DNA of 62,688 bases, filler included, from Platydemus manokwari (Eukaryota), in NCBI GenBank assembly GCA_037951405.1. It is 5 parts of 5 records of this genome, joined end to end, with 100 filler letters (N's around TTAATTAATTAA, not from the genome) between each part and the next. Parts side by side here need not be neighbours in the genome. Positions count along the whole stretch, not along the records: positions 1 to 12,248 come from JBBMOY010230005.1; positions 12,349 to 31,545 come from JBBMOY010066678.1; 3 more parts are not named here. One strand, 5' to 3'. Position numbers and translations under genes: made by a program. The notes beneath the pieces are model-generated. The model was not told the origin of the DNA and searched no databases. It saw only the letters and a list, made by a program, of their open reading frames with translations. Numbering within the stretch: the first letter of the stretch is position 1; every line of letters begins with the position of its first letter. This document shows, in pieces, positions 1 to 12,913 of this stretch.

Positions 1-77
1 ATTGTTTTCCATTTGTTGTAAAATTATGTTTAAATTTTTAATAAAAAATCGGAAAGAACTTTTGGTTCATCCTAATA
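1..77 (+). mobile_element. 3' end/TIR of a mariner (Tc1/mariner) DNA transposon
   Basis: Near-identical to 41313-41390. Ends ...GGAAAGAACTTTTGGTTCATCCTAATA, whose reverse complement TATTAGGATGAACCAAAAG is a mariner-type TIR with terminal TA. The second copy is preceded by a transposase C-terminus. Confidence 0.75.
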
Positions 78-140
78 TAATTCATTCTAAAAACCTCCCA
101 ATAATCAAGCTCATTTAAGTGCAGTGTACTGATTCAAACA

Positions 141-155
141 TTATTATTATTATTA

Positions 156-197
<42 letters not shown>
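141..197. repeat. (TTA)n microsatellite
   Basis: Direct reading. Confidence 0.95.
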
Positions 198-199
<2 letters not shown>

Positions 200-1201
200 T
201 AATTTGTTTTCATTTAATATCTTTTTTTTCACAATTTTTATATTTTCTTTTAGTATGTACTTCTAGTGTAGTACAGATTTGCATTACTAAATTAAAATGT
301 TCGGAAAATTGGTAAAAAATTCATCTTTGAAATTCATTTAAAATCCGTGGATAATGAATGTGATTCATAAATGCTTGCCTTCATGCTTGGAATGCTTGGT
401 TTCTGATGTGTTTACAACATGCCTTCATTAAACTACAGCTGACTAAATGTGTATGAAAAATAATGTTTCTGTGATTAATTCGTTTTCATTAAACACATAT
501 TTTGATTCACCATCATCGGTAGCTGTTTCATGTATCGTCGCCAATAATGTCTCCACTTTTAGCATTCGGTACAAACACGATTAGTCGACTTAATGCGACA
601 ACAAGTTACAGTAGCCATTTATTCTCCTCATAAACATCAGACGGTGCATCTGCAAATTCAATAAAATAGCTTTCAGTTAATTCTAAGAATGATAATAACA
701 TTTTATTGATGAGCTTTTCTTAACGAGATAGTTAGTTTTCACTTTTTTCTGACGCAACAAGATTTTTGTGATTTCAAAAAGAGAAAAAGAATTAATTTTT
801 GAAGATTAGAAGCCTCATATAATTGAAAAACACACAGCCTCTTTGGACGGGGCCGCAGTTTTAAAAAGTAATCGAAGAAATGATGATTGGGGATTAGGAT
901 CTTCTAATTACTTCCAAATCTATAAATGTTCTTGGTATTAGAAATTTGATTATTGAGATTGTTTTTAATAAATATCACGAATCGAAGAAGGATTTTATAA
1001 ATTCCTGTTATAAATCAAAACAAAAGGGGGATTCATTGATTTAAAGTGAACGATATGAACATCGATTTCAAGATTATGGTTGACACCATCAGAAATTAAT
1101 ACTTCTAGTTTTACACACAATAAATTGCGGAAATCAAAGAACTCGTAATATGCTGCACACGAATATCAATATATTTTAAACGATGTCATCTTATTTTCTC
1201 C

Positions 1202-2734
1202 TCAGTTAAAAATGTTCTGCAACTTCTTTGATCGCGAAAATATATTACTTTTCTTGAATGTTTGACGAGACAATATATTGTAATAAGCCAGTAATTCGTT
1301 CGCATAACATTTTAAATGACGAAAGTCGGCCGAATCATGAAGTTTCCAAAAATGATCTTGAAAATTCATAAAGGAATCGATAAAAAATGTAAAATCTCCT
1401 GAAACATAGAAAAATTCGTTCAGAGATTGAAAGTCGCAAAACATAGAGTTGATTCGATTATTTGTGTTTCGAAAAACAAGGAAATGAACTAACATACTGA
1501 CGCTTTGGATTGCGAAATAATACTTTAATTTTGATAAATTAAAGTTCTTTATAAGCTTTCTGTTTTGGAAGTTTATCAGATCTGCTTTAATAATCTGTAT
1601 TGATTGATGTATCGATTGTTCATCTCCATTTTCTAAAATATCGACAAATTCCTTTATTTTTAATGCGATATCGGGATATTCTCTGAATATATCCATGACC
1701 TCCAAGCCTAATTTCTCATAAAATTCAATTATTTCATCACTCAAAGAGCTGTATAATTCTTCATAATTTTTCATCCAATACTGAGAAACCGTGCAATGTC
1801 GATAATCCGAAGAATCTGACATGATTAATTCTACAATTTCATTACTATCGAATGGACAACTGCCATGTGTTACGATATATCGTTTTGTACAATCTAAACA
1901 AAGCTTATGGTCACAATTTTGAAATTTAGAGAATATATTCTCATGAATAACATGCAGACATATCAAACATTTATCGATTTCCGTTTCAATGATATCGGGA
2001 TTATGAATTCGATATGTCTGGCCATTATCAGCGATGAATGTGATAATTAATTTGGTTAGATAACAAGATATTTGCCTCAAATCATCGATATCATCTTGAA
2101 AATGTTGTAATTGTTTGTTGAGAATTGATTTCGAGGAGTCGTTTGTAAATTGAATAAGAAGAAACTTTCGAATGAGTGAATCAATATGGAAATTTATTTC
2201 CTCAAATATAAATGAACTCTTAACATTCAATTGAAACAAAGAAGTTCCTTGGGGATAAATATCGCCTACTAAAGCTGTCCTTTTATTACTACCCAATTTA
2301 ACTGACTGATAGATAACATTCATGTTTCTCTTATCTTGATTTATTTTACCTTTCAATTCCTCGATTTCCCGGTGATTGACTTCGTTCGTTAAACGTATCC
2401 ATTCATGCGCATTCCATAATGTAGATTTCATAGTCGAGAAAATATTGGATAATTGTTGCATGGCAACAGACCAAGTATCGACCATTAATTGAATAATTGT
2501 CTCTTGGTCATTAATCCACATATAGTATTTGTATTGCCGGATGTCATGGACTTCATTTTCTCCATTCTTTCTAACAGATAAATGTGTGCTCTTAATTCTA
2601 TCAAATGGACAATAAACAGTTTTCTGAAAAATGATCTCGTTGGCACAAAATTGACAAAATATGTGACTACATTCTAGAAATGTGATGGAAATGGTGGAAT
2701 TTTCTAACAGTTCGTAACATATATGACACTCCAT
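1202..2734 (-). CDS. Intronless 510-aa protein with two C3HC3D-type RING fingers (putative E3 ligase); internally duplicated RING + helical unit
   Basis: RING1 CHIC..CSHIFCQFC..CPFD (~2600-2728) and RING2 CLIC..CDHKLCLDC..CPFD (~1846-1969). Uninterrupted 1.5-kb ORF in very AT-rich DNA. Confidence 0.85.
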   Translation of the reverse strand: MECHICYELLENSTISITFLECSHIFCQFCANEIIFQKTVYCPFDRIKSTHLSVRKNGENEVHDIRQYKYYMWINDQETIIQLMVDTWSVAMQQLSNIFSTMKSTLWNAHEWIRLTNEVNHREIEELKGKINQDKRNMNVIYQSVKLGSNKRTALVGDIYPQGTSLFQLNVKSSFIFEEINFHIDSLIRKFLLIQFTNDSSKSILNKQLQHFQDDIDDLRQISCYLTKLIITFIADNGQTYRIHNPDIIETEIDKCLICLHVIHENIFSKFQNCDHKLCLDCTKRYIVTHGSCPFDSNEIVELIMSDSSDYRHCTVSQYWMKNYEELYSSLSDEIIEFYEKLGLEVMDIFREYPDIALKIKEFVDILENGDEQSIHQSIQIIKADLINFQNRKLIKNFNLSKLKYYFAIQSVSMLVHFLVFRNTNNRINSMFCDFQSLNEFFYVSGDFTFFIDSFMNFQDHFWKLHDSADFRHLKCYANELLAYYNILSRQTFKKSNIFSRSKKLQNIFN

Positions 2735-5700
2735 ATATTTTTTTGAAAATCAATAATAATAATAATAATAATAATTTTATAATAAACAAACAAATTAGTA
2801 GTATTTGATGAAAAAATAATGCATATATCCGCGTAATCTATTGATTTAATTAACCAATAAGTTTAAAATGCTCGGTACATGCTTCTTGCAAGCGTCATTT
2901 CCAATATTATCTTATAAAACAGTAAAGAATGAGAAACAGTTTTCAAATCCTTATTAATGACCACATTTTCTGGAACATCGATTCCACTTATTATAATATC
3001 TGCTCTTAAAAATGAAAGATTATATTGATTATAGATGACGGGCTGTGGGGTTTTTATTTCTATATAATTTTATTTTATATTTAGGTTATGAGATTACCTA
3101 ACAGTTTTTACGATAACAAATGGCCTGTCACGCAGTGGTTCAGATAAGCTTTTCCAACTTGTTATGTAGACTGAACTGGGATAAAGTTTGAAGTATTTTA
3201 GGCTATGCGATCCATCACTTCTACTTATTAGAATTTGGCCTGCTATCTTGTGGTTTGATTTAACTGGTCTGATCTGACTCCAAAGATCAAATATTGATCC
3301 CACTAGCGTTGGGAAAATTAGTTAAAAGTAATAAAATATAAATCAATAAATAACAATGAATACAATGCTGCCGAATATATAATCAATAACAATAGGTTAC
3401 AATGTATACAATAAATACTTTTGTATATTGTAATTAATTACCTAACTTTTGTGAAAACCTGAATCGGTGAAGTGCTGACTGACGACACGGTGCCTAGGTG
3501 TACAGTCAATAAGACCTATTGTTGAGTAGGTCACAAAAACAGCCAAAAATTAACAGGAACCAAGGAAATAAGCCTTCAAAAGGTTGACACACACAGATCC
3601 GATAAACGCACGTGCCAACAGTCAACCGAATTCTTTCTAATATTGCTCCATATTTAGAAGTCAAAAATCGACTGGCGCATACCAACAAATGGCAGCAATC
3701 TCAGATATCTACCGATGGCGCAAGAGACGCACTGAAAATTGCAAGCAGATCGATGTTGGAACGAAGTCAGCAAATGGAAAACTAAGCTCCAGAACCGCAA
3801 AAGGACATACTCAATAGGTTTATAAAAGAAGTTAAGTTTCATGAGTAACTACCAGTTTGTGTTCTATTCTTGACTTTTACTTGATTTTCAGTAGCCAGTC
3901 CTTTTGGTTGCTTTCTATTCTTTGCTTGAGTTCTGGGTGCTGATCCTGTCTTGGATAACAATTTGTTACTGACTGCTTCTATTCATAAATTGAGCTTGTA
4001 ATATTGATGTTTAAATTATAATTTTCAGGTTTCATTGTTAGTTAATACCTCAACACTATGAAGAAAGAAGGGATGACAACATAGGATCGATTTAATATGA
4101 AGAGGTATTGATTTCGTTTGAGAGTAAAACAAATATATTGCCCGAGAAGATTTCTTGTTGAAATCGTCGATTGAATCGTCGTTATTGAAAATTTATGGTA
4201 GAGTTACGCTGAAAGGTTATGTTTTCGAATTTTATCTCTGGAGTTGGTCAGAATTTTTGGTTGTTGAAGGTTATGCTCACCAATTCACTGCAGAAGATTA
4301 CGGCAAGGATTTAAACCTGGTGAAAATTACCTCTATAAATATTGTAATGACAAATGATGATGTTTCTCACTGATTGGATTCGGTATTTATATTTTCCATT
4401 TATATGTGCGTTTATGTGATGACTAGAGTTTCTTGTCACCCACGATTTGATGTCTATATTTAGTAATTTTAAATAAATAAATTAGTTTACTTGGATTAGT
4501 TATTTCCATATTCGGTACTTACTCCCTCATTTTATTTATGACTAGAAAACGTCACCAATTTTTAATTAATTTATGTTTTATGATTTTTTTAATTATCTTA
4601 TAGTAATTTACCTATTTTTTATGTTGCTAGGGTGTGATTCCCAACACACGTATAGTAAAGGAATCACCAAACACTGTTCTCTTAAAAATATCAATATCAA
4701 GTAAAATATCAATGAAAGTAAAGAATAAATAAATGTGCTAAAAGTTTAATGAGTCAACAAAAGAAAGCAGCAATTCTGTTATAAACACGAATATGAAAAA
4801 CTCAATAACCACCACACGGCAAATGTTTTTATGTTAAAAGGCGAGTACAATAATAATTTTATAACAGAACTCAGGCTAAAGATATAATTTCTATTATTAT
4901 GAATCCAATTTTTGTCGTTAATAGCATTTCAGTTTGTATGGTTTCTCCACTCAAATAAGTTGGCAAAATTAATTTATCGAAAGAATAATGCTTCAAATCT
5001 CTACAAAAATTTCTTTCACTAGGTTTTCGTTAATGGATTGAGAAGAGTTTCTGTTGAAAATTATGTTACACTCGACCATTTGAAATGTAAGGCTAAATAA
5101 TATTAATATTGAGAACTCCTCAACACTGTTCTCGCTTTGATTTCAGTGATTAGATCGGTGTGGTAGTTTTATGTTGAGTTGGTGTTGATATTTTTCTAGC
5201 TCCCTATTGTGCGGTATTTATAATAATTTATTTTTCTTAAATTTTTCTATCTTTTAATTAATTCTATTATCGTTTTTTATTTCTTGTTTATTTATTTTAT
5301 TATTTATTTGCTGTGATCATCTGTTTATTTATAATATAATTCCAAAATAAATCTAATAATAACTTCACAATTTCGATTATAGAGGTTTCATCTTATTTTA
5401 ATTAATTTGGGGTTGTAATTAGCGGTTGTTTGGGTGACAATTTGAAAGGAATGAGATTGATAATTGGGTGAGTTTGGTGTACGATGAGTTGTGACGATCT
5501 AATTATAGATTCTTTACCAATAGATTAATGATTTACTGAATTCAGTTAAATAGCACGAATAGAAACAGAGCTAAAATCGAGATGTTGCTGATTTTGAAGA
5601 TAAAGATGATGAGTCGCTGTTGGTGAAAGGTAGCTGATATGTATTGGATTGAGTGTCTTGATTGACAATTTTGTATGAGCAAGGTCGGATCCCTAAAAAT

Positions 5701-5829
5701 ATATAAAGCTCAGAAAAACCACTATTCAAGAAAGTCTATGCTTAAATAATTAAAAGGTAAAGTATAATATCTGAAACCAATTCACAACAGTATTATACAA
5801 TGAAATAAGGTATCCATTTTTTGTCACAA

Positions 5830-6025
5830 TTCTCAGCTATGACAGAAAATATTACGATTATTATGATGTTTATGATTATGATTATTATTATAATCATTAA
5901 TATTATCATAATAATTATCATTATTGTTATTATTATTAATTTTATTATAATCTATATTATTATAGTATATATTATTATCAATATTAATATTGTTATTATT
6001 ATCATTATTAATATTATTATTCAAT
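5830..6025. repeat. Degenerate (ATT)n/(ATC)n trinucleotide tract
   Basis: Direct reading; gives rise to spurious poly-Ile and poly-Asn ORFs. Confidence 0.9.
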
Positions 6026-8199
6026 AAGCTTTCGCGAAATTATCAATAAAATATTCATTCGTAATTTTCTAATATTAGTTTCACATGAAAGTGAAATAAT
6101 TATGTGATTGTTTTTAAACTTTAAAGTAGCTATTTAAACAAACAGCTCAATTTTTAATTGTGGAAATAAAATATCAAAATTATTTTAAAATCAAAAATTA
6201 TGTCAGGAACATGATTTTAATAATAAAGATTAAGCTTTTAAATTTCATTGGTTAATAATTCAGAAATTGAAATATTATTTTCAAACAATAATCCTTTAGT
6301 GTGTAAAAATCAATACCACAAAAATCTCTTCAATATCTGCAAGTACTCATAATATGTGTAAACAATAAGAGACTCTCAAGTAAGAAAATAAAGAATTTTT
6401 TAAAAAAATATCTAAGAGTTGCTGTTCCTTTTATGTATCCAAAATACTTTAAAAATAGAATCAGGAAAATCTGTGGTTTGTAAATTTTGCCCGGTTTGTT
6501 AAAAAGGTCATTTATAGATTTATTTTACAAAATAATTATGCTTAAAATCTGTGGCAATATTTTAAAGTGTATTGCGCGAGCTTTCCATTTCAACTCCCGA
6601 ATTTCAATGGATTAAAATTCATCTTATTAACTTATTATTGTCAATGAAAAAAAAATAGAGATCAGTGTGAGCTGATTTACAGTTCCGTAATTTATAAATC
6701 AAATTATATATTGGAAATGTTTCCATATCCTCCACTTAGTTCATTAATTTAACAACAAATTTAGCTTGTTATTTAGTTTATCAATATTTTTTAAGGACAG
6801 TCTCAAATTAAGCTGTGATTATTTCGACGGATTTATGTAAATCTAGGCAGTCTTTTTAATATAAATATTATTAACTTTCGACCATTTTTCAACATGATCA
6901 CTTGAATATTAAGTCCATATAAAAAGTTGTTTAGCTATCTTAAGAATTCTTACAAGCCCAGATCGGAAATAGATAAATTATCTGTAATCGTAACTATTTT
7001 ACACAAATCAAACAACATGACTTGATCAAAAAAGTTCATCATTCATTTTTTATGTGTATTTTCAAAATTTTCATCCAAAAATTTATTTTTATTAAAAAAT
7101 ATTTAATTTTAGATCAAAATTGTTTGAATTAATTGCTCTTCATTTCTATGGCTACACATGTTTAGATTTCATGAATCGACGAAGCACTTCCAATAGGTAA
7201 CAGTACCATATTGTCAACTGAAAGTGCGAATATATCTGTAAAACATCCTATGAAGATATAAATAATTGATCCGGCCTTAGCCATTTTCAATCGAATATTA
7301 AGTAATATATCAAATGTTAATTTTATCATTATCTTGTCTTTTGGATTGTAACCTCTCGATTTAGATCGGAAATAGAAAGCGATCATGTTTACGCCAAATT
7401 TCACAACCTAACAAATTATTTAAAATTTCAAGTTTTATTTTTTTGACATTTTTACCATTATGTCAGGGGTGGCATACCCACGATGTTCATTTGTTGCACA
7501 CATTTCGGATGTCGTATTTTAAGACAGAACAAAATCATTAAACCAAGTTCCTATTTTCACCACAACACTTTTTACATTTTGACATTGCTGTCCATATGAT
7601 TCTTTATTTTTGTACCTTAAAATTTTTAATTATATATCGATTTAATAAACTCCTCATATTAAAAAAATTCAATATTATTTGTTCTTATAAAATAATTGTA
7701 AAAATTTAGAGTACATATTCATTGACTTATAATACTAAAAGAAGAGAGTCCTCTTAAATTTTCAGTCAATTGCAATTTAACCTACAGAAAAATTTTATAA
7801 ATTTACATCAACATCCAAACAATAATATTGATTTCATTTTTATTATTTTATATATTCTACGTAGTTCTGATTTCACACCATTTTCTGTAATTATTAAGCT
7901 TGCTATTAAAGTGAAACTCACCTGATGGTTTAGATCGGAACTCGTTTATAAATTAGGTTCACTTTGAAAAATAGTTTTTATAATTAAAAAAATATATTTC
8001 TGCAATAAGTTCCATTTTTTATGTATACACAGTGAGGCAGATAACAAAAATAATCAAATCCTATCGATTAACTAGTTTCTGTACAAATCTGAACTACCCA
8101 GTGCAACTAAAACAATTTTGTCTCTTAGTAATAGACCTATTACGCAACGATAATTATCTAACTAACCCTGTGCTATATTTCATAATGTGTTTATATTAA

Positions 8200-9990
8200 G
8201 GAAATTCGTGACTACCTGGACAGATTAGAAGACAGAGTGATCCTCAAGGAACCCGAAAGCACCACAACACAATTGGACTTGCCTGATATAATCCAACAGC
8301 CAAGTTCCTCATTGGGCCCTCTGTTTTGGATTCTGTTCTCAATAATATCCTAATGAATTTAAACACTTACCTAATAAGAAAGTCACTCCAACAAAAACGT
8401 TTTATTCGTAATTCTTAGCATTCCTAACATCAGAGGGTCTCATGAACCAACAACAATCAATACGTGACACAAATTTTAAGACGACGTCCTATCTGCTTCA
8501 AGATCTTACGAGCTCCAGACAAACTCGCCTAAAAATTAACTGAAGCAACAAATGCAAAAGAGAGCAACATTTAATCAAGATAGACCGCTCCAGCAGAACG
8601 TAAATCCATCCCATGCCTATCCTCACGAAAACCACTGGGCTCCACTCGATCACAAGAAAGAGATCTGCAAAACAAATCGGCTTTCACCTGCAAGACATAT
8701 TTTTAAAAACAACTATATCGAAGAACTCAGAGCCCTCCAATTATTCACAAAGGCACTATCAGCCTGCAATCGTTAAAATGTTAACCAAATTTCTAACACA
8801 ATTTCAGAACAAGTCAAAATCTAAAAATTAACAATAATCTCAACCAGAATTCCAAAAACTGATTAAGATGCTACCAATCTAATGAACTCTAATTCTGAAA
8901 TATATACATTGATAATGGGAATCTATTTCAACAACACTTTCCTGCACTCAAGGCTCCGTTGCACTTCAGAACAGGTTAAAACTACTAAACTCGATTTTCG
9001 CACTCTGATCACTAATGAGGACAGAAAACCGATATAATCCTTCGACAAAAAGATCCGAGCAATCACTCGTAAAATACTGAATCTGTAAGGCTCAAAAACC
9101 ACCAACAATAACTTTCTAAATTCTTCACGCAAATTCGGGGAATCGGCAAAACTAGTTCACTCATGGCGTACTGCATTCAGAGCATTGTTTGTGACTTCAG
9201 AATTCTAACAAGTCCGGACCATCAATTCAGGTCATTTGTCATAAATCATTTAACCAACCATATCAAATACAAACTCAGCGAAGCCACCGAAGTGCATTCT
9301 TCTGGATATCAGACAAAATTGCATCTAAAAAAAAATTAACTTCCACAGCTTAGTGGACCAAGACTAGAATGGAAGCCAAAAAACTCAGGAAGATTCAAAT
9401 TGACTGTGAATTCAGTCATCATAATGATCAAATCCAACCAAAAGCAAATGTTTCACCTCACAATACATGCTTTTTCTCAGAAGACAGCCATGGCAAAGTC
9501 TCACATATTCTACACGATTAGGCATCCATGTCCTTCTTTAACCACTGGTACACAATGAAAAAACAAGAACGGCCGGTTCATTGTATTTTCTCATCTAATC
9601 TATCTCATAAGACATTAAAGTTTAGATAATCACTCACCACCTGCGTAATAATCTCTTACCACTCGATTACATGCGGCACTTTATCGGTCTACTTGGGTAT
9701 TAGAATTCTCATAACGACAAGGTTCTATCGAATATCATACTTAATAAAAAACAAATCACATTTATCTCGGGTTCCTAATAACGATATTGTTCAGGAAAAC
9801 CATAGCACTGTCCAGCCAAAACAGCATGGCTATTCGGCAATGTTGCAAAGCTAATGAGAAGACTTCAAATGAAGAAATCTCGAATCAGAATATCAGACAC
9901 ATCAATCTTAAAAATTCAATTTAAAAGTCGGGGGAGTACTAGTGCCACACCTTCGTTAAATTTATTATGTTTATTTATAATAAATCTTAT
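8200..9990 (+). mobile_element. Highly decayed non-LTR retrotransposon (CR1/L2-like) relic
   Basis: C/A-skewed, less AT-rich block. Around 9110-9235, frameshifted fragments resemble the LINE RT segment K-FG-xGK-xHSW-xTAF...FV...RTINSG. AT-rich 3' end with AATAAA. No intact ORF. Confidence 0.4.
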
Positions 9991-10386
9991 TTTTTTATTT
10001 TCTTCTATTAGCATGTATGTTATACTAATACAGCAAATCTCCTTTTATCAATTTCAACTTGTATAATACCTATATTACCATATCAACGGTGATTTATTAT
10101 CTTTAATAAAAAGAGAAAATTATTATTTTGAATAAGTCTTAAAAGTCGTTATTGGTTAATTTTGAAATGGCAAAGACCACTGTTTTGCTTACATGTTTGC
10201 ATTAATTTTCGATGTACACCCATTGTGTATACCAAGCACATTTCTCCAGAAAGGGATTTAAAAGATTCACTTTATTGTATTTATTATTTTCTCTTTTTTT
10301 CATTAGAAGTAACCTCTTTTGCAATGACCAGAATCTTTAAGCTAAAAGGTACTAAATGATTACCTGACACTGTAAGTTTATTAATA

Positions 10387-11957
10387 ATGGAATATGTAAA
10401 CATTAATTTTTTTCAAATGAATTTCTATAAAAAAAAGGTAGAAAACTATAATTTTCTTATTATTTCTTATACATTGATTTTGCAAACCTTTAAAGGATTT
10501 TTTGTTCCCTCTTGGTAAGTAATTTTGTATTACAAAGTTTTAAAATTTTATAATGATTTGGTTTCTGATCAGATGATGATGTAATTTAGGTCGTCTTTAT
10601 TTTTCTAAACTTATTAATTTATTTGCTGAAAGTTTAATCGAAACATCAAATAACTGAAATAGACTTAAATATTTTTTTGTTAAATGAAGTTCCTAAAGAA
10701 GAAATGAAACTAGTAAAAGCATTTCCGTAGAAAAATATGATGACGTAATATATGAAAATGTATATTAATGAAAATAGCAAATAAATATTAATCGAATAAT
10801 ATAAAATGATTTTTGCAGACGAAATAAATGCCAAAAAAACCCAATCAAAAGTAGCAGAAAATAATAAACTTTTTTTATGTTCTTAATAATGCTGTAGACA
10901 CTCTTAGATAATATTTCGAATATTATGCTGAAAGGACAAATAATGTCGGATAAGTTTTCCCATTTTGTACACTCATTATCAGGATTCGTAGAATCAATAA
11001 GCACATTAAATGATACAATGAAAACATTCGAAAAAGATGCAACAACTGAAAAACTAGGGAATTTGCTCAAAGCTCAAATTAATATAACAGAAAGCGCAGA
11101 TATATTCGATAGGTAAAATTTGGTTTTATTTCATTTAAATGAATCGTTATTGTCTTGTATAGAAACCTGTGTAAAATCGTCAGACGAAACTTTAATAATA
11201 GCACATTGACATGGAAAATGAAAATTGATACGCTCAAAAAGAAATTCGAATCCAACAATTCGTCAGATTTAAAGAAATATAATAGTTATTCAAAAAGAAT
11301 TGAAAATCTAGAAAAAGAAGTAAAAATTGAAATATTTAGTAAAATAGTTTTCAACAAAATCACGTTTTTAACAGAGACCCCGTGCTTCTAATCACAAAAG
11401 AGAAGCAATAAATAAAAAATTAGACGAATTATCATATAAGCAAAGCATATATCATTCGAGATTAAATAAAAATCATGAATTTTATAATGAAGAGTTGGAA
11501 AATTTACAGGAGGAGTTAGTGGAGAAGATATTGAATTATATAGGTCAAATTACTGTAAGGATATAATGGGTGAATCCGCATTTTAAATAATTTCTCCTAT
11601 ATTTAGAAAGAACAAGTTATTCTGAATGATGAAATAAACAGTATTGAAAACAGGACTCAATTAGTAGAATTTTTAGAAATAGCTGATTTCAATCACAATG
11701 TAATCACAATCTATATAATATTAAAAATGATATTGATGCTTTTACAGATGGGTTATTTTGGCAACAAAACAGATGTGTGTACAGATGATGAACAAGATGA
11801 TGATCAAGATCATGACAATGAAAGTATAATCAGCGAAAGGAATTATAAAAAAGGAAGATCAAATAACAGACCCAAATCAAATTCTGATATATCTTGTTTT
11901 ACTAATGAAGATTCAGAAGAAGATGTACCATTCCGTACTGAATTTTATTTTAAATGA
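10387..11957 (+). CDS. Multi-exon gene encoding a divergent I-BAR/IMD-like helical protein with an acidic, low-complexity tail
   Basis: Phase-consistent GT-AG exons: 10387-10437, 10496-10514, 10819-10850, 10898-11112, 11163-11319, 11375-11554, 11607-11699, 11748-11957. Most introns are 47-58 nt. The spliced product (..LDNISNIMLKGQIMSDKFSHFVHSLSGFVESISTL..TEKLGNLL..WKMKIDTL..) parallels the IRSp53/MIM IMD helices. The gene structure is solid; the family call is tentative. Confidence 0.7.
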
Positions 11958-12248
11958 TTTTTTTAATAAAAATATTTCCTTTAAACTATGAATTAGTAGG
12001 CTGATAATTTTGGAATATTTTATATCATATTAAATTATATATAACAAAAGATCATTATAAAGATTATAATGATTATATATAATCAAAAATATAGGAAATA
12101 TCCTTTTATTAAGTTGATATAATATATCATTAATTACATAATATGTACATTAAAATATCATAGGGGTGAATTTATTTGATATCATATTAGCAACATTTAA
12201 ATAGAAAAAGCTAACAATACATAATGAAATCATTTGAATTTAGTTGAA

Positions 12249-12348
12249 NNNNNNNNNNNNNNNNNNNNNNNNNNNNNNNNNNNNNNNNNNNNTTAATTAA
12301 TTAANNNNNNNNNNNNNNNNNNNNNNNNNNNNNNNNNNNNNNNNNNNN
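12249..12348. other. Artificial contig linker 44N-TTAATTAATTAA-44N
   Basis: Exactly 100 nt; the core puts stop codons in all six frames; identical at four sites. Confidence 0.97.
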
Positions 12349-12877
12349 ATCTAATCTCGAGAACCAAATACGTGATCATACTGACCGATAAGACGAGTTA
12401 ATTATATTAATTGTAATCTTATATACAAGAATCATAAAATAAAATAATTTAATACATTGATAGAGATTATTATTATAGAAACATTTTATTTTTAATTGAT
12501 AGTATTTTATTATTTAAAAATCAATTAATTTGGTAGTCATTATCAATAAAGTCGAATTGGGTTTTCAATGTCTACGGAAACCCGGTATGAAAATGTCGAG
12601 ATATAAAGATTCTCTATTGATCGGCAAAGTACACGAAAAATCTTTTATAAAATGAGTTTTCTAAGCATATTTTAATGTTAAAATAGAATTGTTTTTATTT
12701 GTTTTTATTTTCGATTGTTGTCGCTACGACTTTTATTAAATTTTGATTGTTTACATTGAATCTTTTTTTTTCTCGGGAATTCTCTGGTGTCTTTTTACTG
12801 TGATCATATTCAATAATGTAGAGAATGAATATCGAATTCGAGTAATGTAGTAGATTCTGTCTTAAGATAGTAAACGC

Positions 12878-12913
<36 letters not shown>
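12878..12913. repeat. Compound (TA)n(TG)n microsatellite
   Basis: Direct reading. Confidence 0.9.

Noticed and set aside
5821-6027. Poly-Ile and poly-Asn ORFs (also 43936-44169)
   Set aside because: These are translations of ATT/AAT microsatellites.
7480-7615. Minus-strand YGQQC / CKKCC suggesting a 3CxxC zinc domain
   Set aside because: The motifs are in different frames with stops, and there is no coherent exon chain.
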